Positions 56,739-64,000 of a stretch of DNA of 64,000 bases are shown here, piece by piece; within the stretch, counting starts at the first letter, position 1, and the number at the start of each line of letters is the position of its first letter. The position numbers and the translations under genes are program-made. The stretch lies in the NCBI GenBank assembly GCA_003194485.1, contig PQXD01000009.1, forward strand, positions 41,008-105,007, read 5' to 3'. The DNA is from Deltaproteobacteria bacterium (GTDB lineage: Bacteria; Desulfobacterota; Dissulfuribacteria; Dissulfuribacterales; UBA3076). Under the pieces are notes generated by a model, which was not told the origin of the DNA, did not search any database, and worked only from the letters and a program-made list of their open reading frames with translations.

Positions 56739-56803
56739 GAAATTGGAAATTGGGAAAAACATAAGGGTGTAGATGCATCACCTAATTTCAAATTTCCAAT
56801 TTC
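56739..56803. repeat. Heptamer-type inverted repeat overlapping the HD gene 3' end
   Basis: gaaattggaaatt (56739-51) / aatttccaatttc (56791-803). Confidence 0.6.
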
Positions 56804-57386
56804 CGGTTTCACCATCGGCATTCACTTTCACTGCCGGGTCAAGGACATTTAGCTCATCCAGACTGGCAGGTCCGATATCCAGCTTTTTAAAAATAAAAGA
56901 CTCAATTTCCAAGGTCTCATCATGGAGCCTGCTGATCATTTCCCGGCGCTCCGCAGTGCTTCCATAACGCCTTAACAGGTCCTCAAACCTCTCTGATAAT
57001 GTGACTATGGAGGCGTGCCTTACTCGCTTGTCAGCATAATTCACAAGTAAGGCCTCGGTCATCATTGGATTATGCTTAATATTACAGTCAAGATGTACGT
57101 GTTGACGTACTATATCTGCTGTCGCAGGATGCCCCAGGGCCTCAAGCAACTTGAAGGCCGATAAGGCGTGATCCTGCCCTGTATTGACAGAATCCATCTT
57201 GGTTATATCATGGAGAAGGCAGCCTGCCTCCACAAGACCGATATCAAGATTTTCACCCGCTTTTTTCAGATGACCCGCAATGAACATTCCTGCCTGGGTC
57301 ACCCTGAGACTGTGGGACACTATGTGTTCCGGAACTCGATACTCTTGCAGGAGAGCCAGGCACCTTTTTCTGTCAAGGATTTCCAT
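56778..57386 (-). CDS. HD domain-containing phosphohydrolase (HDIG)
   Basis: HSLRV, LLHDITK, HAL.A, IVRQH and YADKRV. Confidence 0.9.
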   Translation of the reverse strand: MEILDRKRCLALLQEYRVPEHIVSHSLRVTQAGMFIAGHLKKAGENLDIGLVEAGCLLHDITKMDSVNTGQDHALSAFKLLEALGHPATADIVRQHVHLDCNIKHNPMMTEALLVNYADKRVRHASIVTLSERFEDLLRRYGSTAERREMISRLHDETLEIESFIFKKLDIGPASLDELNVLDPAVKVNADGETGNWKFEIR

Positions 57387-57711
57387 TCAGACACTATTCC
57401 AAAACAACAACATTCCTCGGGACAAAGCACCGATTATTGCATCCGTACTCCTATGGCAGTATTTAAAAAAGCTACAGATAAAAAATAGACGAAAATCGAA
57501 GGATCTGCAAGTTTTGGTTATTTGAAAAAAATGTTGAAAAAACCTGTTCAGCAGGAAAACTTACGGAAATTATGTGAATTTTTACGCATAATAAAAACCT
57601 TGTTTTCTCCGCAAGTTACACAATTCTTCAAAAAAAACAACAAAAAATTCAAGAGATAGCCCTTGTTGATAACTTATTTGCCGGCCGAAGGGAAAACACA
57701 CTTTCTCCACT

Positions 57712-57740
57712 TTGACAATGCAATATGGCTTCATTATAAG
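57712..57740 (+). promoter_or_regulatory. sigma70 promoter of dnaA paralogue
   Basis: TTGACA-17-TATAAG. A near-consensus DnaA box (8/9; TGTTGATAA, 57664-72) lies upstream. Confidence 0.65.
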
Positions 57741-57952
57741 AATCAAGGTATTTGTAAAACAACAATGTTCAGCACCTGAAGAAAAGAATAGGTCCTTTCA
57801 GGCAATTAACCAAAAAAACAATGCCTTATAACCATTTTCATGCTAATGAGATGAAAATCAGGTCCATCTCTGGCCAAGAATTTAAGTCATAGTCAGGTCA
57901 CTTTACACCCGAAAGGCGATGAGGCCGCAATTGCTTCTTTAGGTAATCAGAA

Positions 57953-59284
57953 ATGGAAAGCGTCTGGCAAAACCTGAAAGAAATTCTTCGCCCCAGGATA
58001 CCTGAGGGCAGCTACCGGTTATGGATTGCCCCCCTGACCTATAGGAAGACAGATGGCGACACTATCATTATCAACTGCCCCAATCAGTTCTTTGCTTCCT
58101 GGGTCCAGGAGCATTATTTGCACTTGTTAAACGACGCACTTATTCAAGAGGGGCATGCTTCCTGGAAGATAAGGCTTTCTCCTGCCGAAATTGCAAAAGA
58201 GGCTGCACGGGATCAATTACACCTTCCAAACTTTGCCCCCAGTGAGCTGACAAGACCCCGGTTCTGTGAACGTTTTACCTTTAATGAGTTTGTAGTTGGA
58301 GACAGCAATCGCTATGCCTTTTCAGCTTGTTGGGCTGCAGCTAATGGATGGGATAATCACAGCAGGATAATCTACCTGCACTCTGATGCAGGACTCGGGA
58401 AGAGCCATCTTACCCAGGCAGTCGGACAAAAAATACTTGAAAACAGAGCGGATACGAAACTGTGCTATCTCACTGCCAATGAGTTCACCACGCAGGTCGT
58501 AAAATCAATAAAAAGCGGCCAAATGGACGCATTTGTGCGCCGCTATCAAAATGACTGTGACGTCCTTCTCCTTGAAGAGGTCCATTCCTTTGCAGGGAGA
58601 GAAAGGACCCAGGCAGAACTGGCACTGGCCCTTGATTATCTTATGGACAAGGATAAGACAATAATTTTTACCGGAAGCAAACTCCCGAGAAAGATACCCA
58701 GTGTGAATGATCAACTTCGGTCGAGGCTGGTTAGCGGGCTGATTACCTCCATAAATCCTCCGGATCTGCCTACCAGAAAAAAAATTATTGAACGTAAGGC
58801 CGCGAATTGCGGAGTATGTCTCAGGAAAGAGATTATTGAATTTCTTGCCCAGCATCTGACGGGCGATATCAGAAGAATCGAGGGGGCGGTGATCGGGCTT
58901 GTTACCAAGTCCTCACTGCTCAGACAGACTGTTGATATGGATCTGGCTCGAGAAGTGGTTAAAGATCTGGTCGGAGAACCGAAGGCGATCACTGTCGCAA
59001 CTATACGGGAAATGATCTGCCGTCATTACCAATTGAGCAGGGATGATATCTGCTCAAAATCCAGAAAGAGTTCAGTTGCACGGCCGAGACAAATGGCCAT
59101 GTTTCTTGCCCGTCGCTACACCGAGTCTTCTCTTGAGGCCATTGGGAGAGAATTTAATCGCGACCATGCCACTGTGCTGCACTCTGTTAACCGCATTAAG
59201 AAACAACTGAATGAGTCTGGCAAGCTCAGGCACCAGTTGGAATTCCTGGTCGATCAACTTGAAAAACAGCAATGGCAGAACTGA
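57953..59284 (+). CDS. dnaA: Chromosomal replication initiator DnaA-family protein (probable second paralogue)
   Basis: Domain I (WIAPL, CPNQF..SWV), FNEFVVGDSNRYA, GLGKSHL, LRSRLVSGL, RPRQMAMFLAR and RDHATVLH. There is no dnaN downstream. Confidence 0.9.
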   Translation: MESVWQNLKEILRPRIPEGSYRLWIAPLTYRKTDGDTIIINCPNQFFASWVQEHYLHLLNDALIQEGHASWKIRLSPAEIAKEAARDQLHLPNFAPSELTRPRFCERFTFNEFVVGDSNRYAFSACWAAANGWDNHSRIIYLHSDAGLGKSHLTQAVGQKILENRADTKLCYLTANEFTTQVVKSIKSGQMDAFVRRYQNDCDVLLLEEVHSFAGRERTQAELALALDYLMDKDKTIIFTGSKLPRKIPSVNDQLRSRLVSGLITSINPPDLPTRKKIIERKAANCGVCLRKEIIEFLAQHLTGDIRRIEGAVIGLVTKSSLLRQTVDMDLAREVVKDLVGEPKAITVATIREMICRHYQLSRDDICSKSRKSSVARPRQMAMFLARRYTESSLEAIGREFNRDHATVLHSVNRIKKQLNESGKLRHQLEFLVDQLEKQQWQN

Positions 59285-59305
59285 AGGCCTGTAACCTCTC
59301 TAATA

Positions 59306-60682
59306 ATGAAAAAGGTCCTGGTTCGGCAGTTTTTGGAGATTGTGGGACCTGGGAATTTTTCCACGGATCCGGCTGATCTCAAATGTTATTCCTATGATGC
59401 AAGCAGCATCAGCTCTCTTCCAGAGGCCGTAGTCCTTCCAGGATCTACTGAAGAAGTCTCGCGGGTCCTTTTCCTTGCAAACCAGGAAGGCTTGGCGGTA
59501 TTTCCAAGGGGTGCCGGCACAGGTACTACAGGGGCATCGGTCCCGATCAACGGCGGGCTTGTGCTCTCCCTTACTAGGATGGACCGGATAATATCCATTA
59601 ATCCGGCAGATCTCACCGCCATGGTGGAGCCCGGGGTCGTTACGGGAAAGTTGCAGGAAGAGGTATCACGATACGGGCTATTTTATCCTCCGGATCCAGC
59701 GAGCATGCATTTTTGCACTATCGGAGGGAACGTGGCTACTGGCGCCGGAGGACCAAGGGCGGTAAAATACGGCGTTACCAGGGACTATGTCCTGGCCCTT
59801 GAGATAGTGCTTGCTGACGGAAACGTGATACATACAGGCGTACGGACGGCAAAAGGAGTGGTCGGATACGACCTTACCAGGCTGATGGTAGGCTCTGAAG
59901 GCACGCTGGGCGTCGTGACCGGGATCACCTTGAAGCTCATACCCGGCCCGGAAGCAGAGGGCATGCTGATCGCGTTTTTCCCGGATGCAAAGTCGGCTTC
60001 AGATACAGTTGTAAGCCTTTTCGAATCAAGGATTCTGCCCAGGTGTGCCGAATTTCTTGACAAGATGAGTATTGAATTGATATCAGGGCAGCTTCCGGTT
60101 GCAATACCTGAAAGGGCTGATGCCATGTTGCTCATTGAAGTGGATGGTGTCCGGGAATCTATCCCTGGGCAACTCGGGGAAGTGGTCAACTCCTGCAAGA
60201 ACTGCGGGGCGATTGATATACACGTAGCGGAATCCGATGATCAAGCAAAGGCCTTCTGGTCAGCCAGGCAGGGCCTGTCACCTTCCATAAGGAGCCTTGG
60301 ATTCCCGGACAAAATCAATGAAGACATATGCGTTCCGAGGAGCTGCCTGCCGGAGATGATAAACGAGCTGGAAAAAATAGGCAGGAAGACCCGGATCACA
60401 ATCCTCAGCTTCGGACACGCAGGTGATGGAAACCTTCATGTAAACCTCTTGCTCGACCTGAGCGACAAGGAAGAAAAGCTCGGGGGAGATGCCGCTGTTA
60501 TGCAGATCATGGAGGCAACACTGGCACTTGGAGGAACCATTTCCGGAGAGCACGGCATTGGTCTTACAAAAAGGCCTTTTATTAAAATGGAGATAGATGA
60601 CAGAGGCCTTGAGATCATGAGAGGTATAAAAAGGATATTTGATCCCGGAAATATTCTGAACCCCGGAAAGGTGTTTCCATAA
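59306..60682 (+). CDS. FAD-linked oxidase (GlcD/D-lactate dehydrogenase family)
   Basis: RGAGTG, FYPPDPAS, KYGVTRDYV, GSEGTLG, FGHAGDGNLH, SGEHGIG and NILNPGK. Confidence 0.93.
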   Translation: MKKVLVRQFLEIVGPGNFSTDPADLKCYSYDASSISSLPEAVVLPGSTEEVSRVLFLANQEGLAVFPRGAGTGTTGASVPINGGLVLSLTRMDRIISINPADLTAMVEPGVVTGKLQEEVSRYGLFYPPDPASMHFCTIGGNVATGAGGPRAVKYGVTRDYVLALEIVLADGNVIHTGVRTAKGVVGYDLTRLMVGSEGTLGVVTGITLKLIPGPEAEGMLIAFFPDAKSASDTVVSLFESRILPRCAEFLDKMSIELISGQLPVAIPERADAMLLIEVDGVRESIPGQLGEVVNSCKNCGAIDIHVAESDDQAKAFWSARQGLSPSIRSLGFPDKINEDICVPRSCLPEMINELEKIGRKTRITILSFGHAGDGNLHVNLLLDLSDKEEKLGGDAAVMQIMEATLALGGTISGEHGIGLTKRPFIKMEIDDRGLEIMRGIKRIFDPGNILNPGKVFP

Positions 60683-60698
60683 GGGCCTTGGGAATACT

Positions 60699-61391
60699 AT
60701 GAAAGTCTCAGCTATTATTGTGGCAGCAGGTGCTGGTATACGTTTTGGTGCAGGGATTCCAAAGCAGTTTATCGCCCTGGGAGGACGTCCTATTCTTGCC
60801 TGGAGCCTTAAGGAATTTGACAGGTCAAGCCTTATAAATGAAATTATAGTGGTGGCACCGCCTTCAGATGAGGGAGCTGTCAATGCAATAATACAAAAAT
60901 GGATCCGCAGGGTCCGTGTCAAGGTGGTCCCGGGAGGATCAACCAGGCAGGAATCGGTAAAGTCGGGGTTGGATGCGGTTGATGGTGACCTGGAGTGGAT
61001 AGCGGTGCACGATGCTGCGAGGCCCCTTGTGACCTTGATGCATATAGAGGCTGCGTGCTTCCTGGCCCAGGAGGTAGGGGCTTCCATCCTTGCCGTTCCT
61101 GTCCGGGATACGGTGAAGGTAGTGGATGAAGACGGACTGGTTATCAGGAATCAGAACCGTACCCGTCTCTATCTGGCCCAAACGCCTCAGGTCTGCAGAA
61201 AGAAAGACCTGCAGTCCGCATACAGGCTGGCAGAAGATAAGGGCATAAGGGCTACTGACGAAGCAGGACTCCTGGAAGTCGCGGGAGTTGTCGTGGGCGT
61301 GGTTGAAGGCAGCCCCAGCAATTTCAAGATCACCAGTCAGGAAGACCTCAAGATGGCCGAGGCCCTGATAACTTCGATTCAAAAGGCATGA
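60699..61391 (+). CDS. ispD: 2-C-methyl-D-erythritol 4-phosphate cytidylyltransferase
   Basis: AAGAGIRFG...PKQF, GGSTRQESV, VHDAARP, AQTPQ, TDEA and NFKIT. Confidence 0.96.
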   Translation: MKVSAIIVAAGAGIRFGAGIPKQFIALGGRPILAWSLKEFDRSSLINEIIVVAPPSDEGAVNAIIQKWIRRVRVKVVPGGSTRQESVKSGLDAVDGDLEWIAVHDAARPLVTLMHIEAACFLAQEVGASILAVPVRDTVKVVDEDGLVIRNQNRTRLYLAQTPQVCRKKDLQSAYRLAEDKGIRATDEAGLLEVAGVVVGVVEGSPSNFKITSQEDLKMAEALITSIQKA

Positions 61392-61870
61392 ATACGATTC
61401 GAATAGGCTTCGGCTATGACGTGCACAGACTTGTGAGCAGTCGCAACCTTATTCTGGGGGGCGTAAAGATTCCCCATCCTTACGGCCTTCTTGGCCACTC
61501 TGATGCAGATGTCATAACTCATGCCCTGTGCGACGCAATACTTGGAGCTGCAGCCTTAGGCGACCTGGGACGGCATTTTCCGGACCTCGATCCGCGTTAT
61601 GCTGGGATTTCAAGCATAAAGCTCCTGAAAGAGGTAATTCAAAAAATAGTCTCTTCAGGATGGAGATTGGGGAATGCCGATATCACCCTTGTTGCCCAAT
61701 CTCCTAAAATTGCTCCGTTTGTAGCCGAGATGAAAAAAAATATCTCTGAGGCCTGCAAAGTCTCCGTAGATCAGATCAATATCAAGGCCACCACCACTGA
61801 AGGGCTTGGATTTACAGGAAACGGGGAGGGTATGGCTGCTTACGCAGTCGTGACAATAATCGATTCCTGA
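61388..61870 (+). CDS. ispF: 2-C-methyl-D-erythritol 2,4-cyclodiphosphate synthase
   Basis: IGFGYDVH, GHSDADV, GDLGRHFPD and NIKATTTEGLGFTG. Confidence 0.97.
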   Translation: MNTIRIGFGYDVHRLVSSRNLILGGVKIPHPYGLLGHSDADVITHALCDAILGAAALGDLGRHFPDLDPRYAGISSIKLLKEVIQKIVSSGWRLGNADITLVAQSPKIAPFVAEMKKNISEACKVSVDQINIKATTTEGLGFTGNGEGMAAYAVVTIIDS

Positions 61871-61994
61871 TTCCGCTCAAAATGCTCCGGATGCAAGGCG
61901 CGAGATTTTTCAGGAATGAGACGTACTTGGCGTACGTCGCAGTGACTGGAAAATCGAAGCAACGCAGCATATTGTGGTATTTTCAGCGAAATCA
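61868..61994. repeat. 127-bp TIR-bounded palindromic element (third MITE/REP-like family) between convergent genes
   Basis: tgattccgctcaaaat ... attttcagcgaaatca (14/16). Central hairpin gacgtac-ttggc-gtacgtc. Both ends coincide with TGA stops. Confidence 0.65.
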
Positions 61995-62792
61995 TTCTTC
62001 AATAGCATCTGTAAGATCATAGGGTCCGGCCAGTTTGCCTCCGGCCTTGTCGTAAAGCTGGAAATCCTTAATTGAGATATCTCCTGCGGCAAGAAGCCTG
62101 ATGGTATGGACGATGAGCGGGAGCTCCCTTTTTACTCCCTCGTCGCGGATTCTGGCAAAAAGCGGCTGTGATTCTCCATATGATTCCTTTATCTCTTCAA
62201 GGCTTGACCTTTGAAGCTCATGCTCAAGCTGCTCCCACAGGATATCCCATGTATCTCCCTTTATGGGAAAAGAGCAATAGGTGACAGCAGGGCCTTTGTC
62301 GAGATCCGGGGTCACAAGGTGCATCATGACTCCGGTCTTATCAGCTTTCCGGTCCAGCAACTGCCAGATTACCTCCTGCCAGGTGCCGGCAGGCCCTCCA
62401 GGGGCCGCGGGATGAAGGTTGATAATCGAGAGCTTTTGGCAGACCTCCGGGCTGACTACCCACATGTAGCCCGCGAGCACTACCACCTGGGCCGAAAAAT
62501 CCCTGATTTTATCAAGGATACCTTTGTGGTAGGCCTGTCTCCATGCCTCGCGGTCCCGTTTCCTGAGATCAGGGAGAAAACGCACTGCCGAAAGACTGAC
62601 CACAGGTATGCCACGATCTTCAGCCCTTATCATCAACCTGTCACTGAATTCGCTTTCACCAGGCTCCCTTGAAGAAAACATATATGAGATCTCTCCGGGG
62701 ATGATTCCATTGTTAATGGCATTATGTACTGTCTCAAACAGGTCAATGGCTGCCTGATCCCTGCCCGTGGTCCACCATCCGAAACTCCACAT
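61992..62792 (-). CDS. 10-formyl-THF-dependent formyltransferase (PurN-like, divergent N-terminus)
   Basis: VLAGYM, INLHP, TGVMMHLV..DLDKGP catalytic motifs; N-terminal GWWTTGRDQAA. Confidence 0.85.
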   Translation of the reverse strand: MWSFGWWTTGRDQAAIDLFETVHNAINNGIIPGEISYMFSSREPGESEFSDRLMIRAEDRGIPVVSLSAVRFLPDLRKRDREAWRQAYHKGILDKIRDFSAQVVVLAGYMWVVSPEVCQKLSIINLHPAAPGGPAGTWQEVIWQLLDRKADKTGVMMHLVTPDLDKGPAVTYCSFPIKGDTWDILWEQLEHELQRSSLEEIKESYGESQPLFARIRDEGVKRELPLIVHTIRLLAAGDISIKDFQLYDKAGGKLAGPYDLTDAIEE

Positions 62793-62852
62793 ATTTCCTC
62801 CTTGTCCAATGCAATATCCGCCTGCAGTGCCGGCGCTGCCCTGATCCCCACC

Positions 62853-63707
62853 TTAAAGAAGCACGTTCTTATCCAGAATATTTGACAGCGTTACAAAGTT
62901 TTTAATGCTCAAGACCTCTGCCCGGTATCCCGGATCTATCCCGCAGATCTTCAGCGCATGAAGTATTTCGTCCTGGGAAAAAGGGGGCAGTCCCTTAAGG
63001 GCGTTTATCAGCTTCTTTCGTCTCTTCTGAAATGCCTTCCTGACAATATTCTTAAAAAGTGCGAAATCCGTTGCGACTATAACAGGCTCTCTGAATTCCA
63101 ATTGCACCAAGGTAGAGGTGACCTTGGTACGGGGGCGGAAAAGGCCCGGCGGTATGTCCATTAATCTGGCGACATCGGCGCAATATCCGGTAATTACTGA
63201 TAATATTCCGTAAGCCTTGCTTCCCGGACGTGATGCGAGGCGCTCGGCTACTTCCTTTTGAAGCATCAATATAGCCCGGTCTATATGATTACGTTCCTCA
63301 ATCAGCTTAAATATTATCTGGCTTGAAATATTATAGGGCAGGTTGCCGATTATCTTGAGGGGGCCTCCCAGTTCTTCCGCAAGGCCCTGAAAAGAGACCC
63401 TGAGGATGTCCGAATGACGCAATTCCACATTCCATGGCAGGGGTCGCTTTTCGCGCACCCATTTGATCAGCCTTTCGTCTATCTCAAGGCCTGTAACCTT
63501 GGAGGCCTTTTTTGAAAGCTCCCTGGTCAGGGTCCCGAGCCCTACACCCAATTCTACTACTCGATCTCCGGGCTGTATGCCGGACAGTCTCACTATGGTC
63601 TCAATTGTGCCTTGATGGACAAGAAAGTTTTGACCAAGGGAGCGTTTCGGCCGTGGAAAGCCTGGTTTATGGATACCAGGTTGCAGGATATCTCTTTGCC
63701 GGGTCAT
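62853..63707 (-). CDS. rsmA: 16S rRNA (adenine1518/1519-N6) dimethyltransferase
   Basis: KRSLGQNFL, VELGVGLGTLT, GNLPYNISS, MLQKEVAERL and FQKRRKKL.NAL. Confidence 0.96.
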   Translation of the reverse strand: MTRQRDILQPGIHKPGFPRPKRSLGQNFLVHQGTIETIVRLSGIQPGDRVVELGVGLGTLTRELSKKASKVTGLEIDERLIKWVREKRPLPWNVELRHSDILRVSFQGLAEELGGPLKIIGNLPYNISSQIIFKLIEERNHIDRAILMLQKEVAERLASRPGSKAYGILSVITGYCADVARLMDIPPGLFRPRTKVTSTLVQLEFREPVIVATDFALFKNIVRKAFQKRRKKLINALKGLPPFSQDEILHALKICGIDPGYRAEVLSIKNFVTLSNILDKNVLL

Positions 63708-64000
63708 GAATCATCAGGGCTGGCTTTAATAATACGATCCATTCGTTTTTTCTGACGATGGATGTATAAATGCAGGGCTGAGAAATAGGATGCTGCTGCA
63801 AACGGAAGGGAAAAGACTACGCCTCCGAGCACCACAGATCCCATTGACTTAAAGCTGTCTATGTATATCAATTTTACTGCTTCGAATATATTTGCATCAC
63901 GGGCCATATCCATGAGGTGCTTTACATGTTCCCAGGAAAACGAGCTGCCTGTAAGTATGGTACCCACTTTCCAGGATACATAGTACTGGAAGGGAATGGT
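63704..64000 (-). CDS. DUF2062-family membrane protein, 5'-truncated by the window edge
   Basis: The frame is open to base 64000: TIPFQYYVSWKVG...VVLGGVVFSLPFAAASYF. Confidence 0.65.
   Translation of the reverse strand, partial: TIPFQYYVSWKVGTILTGSSFSWEHVKHLMDMARDANIFEAVKLIYIDSFKSMGSVVLGGVVFSLPFAAASYFSALHLYIHRQKKRMDRIIKASPDDS

Noticed and set aside
57386-57953. oriC upstream of dnaA
   Set aside because: Only imperfect (8/9 or worse) DnaA boxes, no obvious DUE repeats, no dnaN/recF/gyrB, and the DnaA is atypical.
60278-61087. Long antisense ORFs (also 21276..21845, 15849..16385, 34809..35387 and others)
   Set aside because: They are shadow frames of well-supported genes, with no motifs or RBS.

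Overview
This is a mostly housekeeping 64-kb region, probably from a Desulfobacterota (former Deltaproteobacteria)-type anaerobe; the taxon is inferred from gene content. It carries a complete type II secretion operon (gspG-E-F-H-I-J-K-L-M-D-C), tRNA-Pro(CGG) and core genes (fabD, moaA, murA, fused secDF, purH IMPCH-only, aroD, dgt, manC, rsmE, cobJ, rtcA, pabB-pabC fusion, ispD/F, rsmA). It also has an isolated fliA/fliL pair, a DnaA paralogue and a small decayed toxin-antitoxin patch with an attC-like site. The most striking signal is non-coding: a dense population of non-autonomous miniature inverted-repeat elements (MITEs) with 5'-GTAA termini and 8-bp target-site duplications. Family A has 10 copies or remnants. 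Two of them are 399-bp composites carrying a nested second MITE. A family-B element sits inside the prepilin leader of gspH, cutting off the original start codon and apparently supplying a replacement start and leader. The next pseudopilin gene (gspI) has a 4x8-bp tandem repeat between its start codon and cleavage site. Together these suggest repeat-mediated rewiring or phase variation of the T2SS. A sigma54-fliA-sigma28 promoter cascade and several unusual enzymes (nitrilase-HldE fusion, GalT-like 556-aa protein, atypical GlgC, Cache-fused Re-citrate-synthase-like enzyme) are also visible. All family assignments come from motif recognition by eye; no database search was run.
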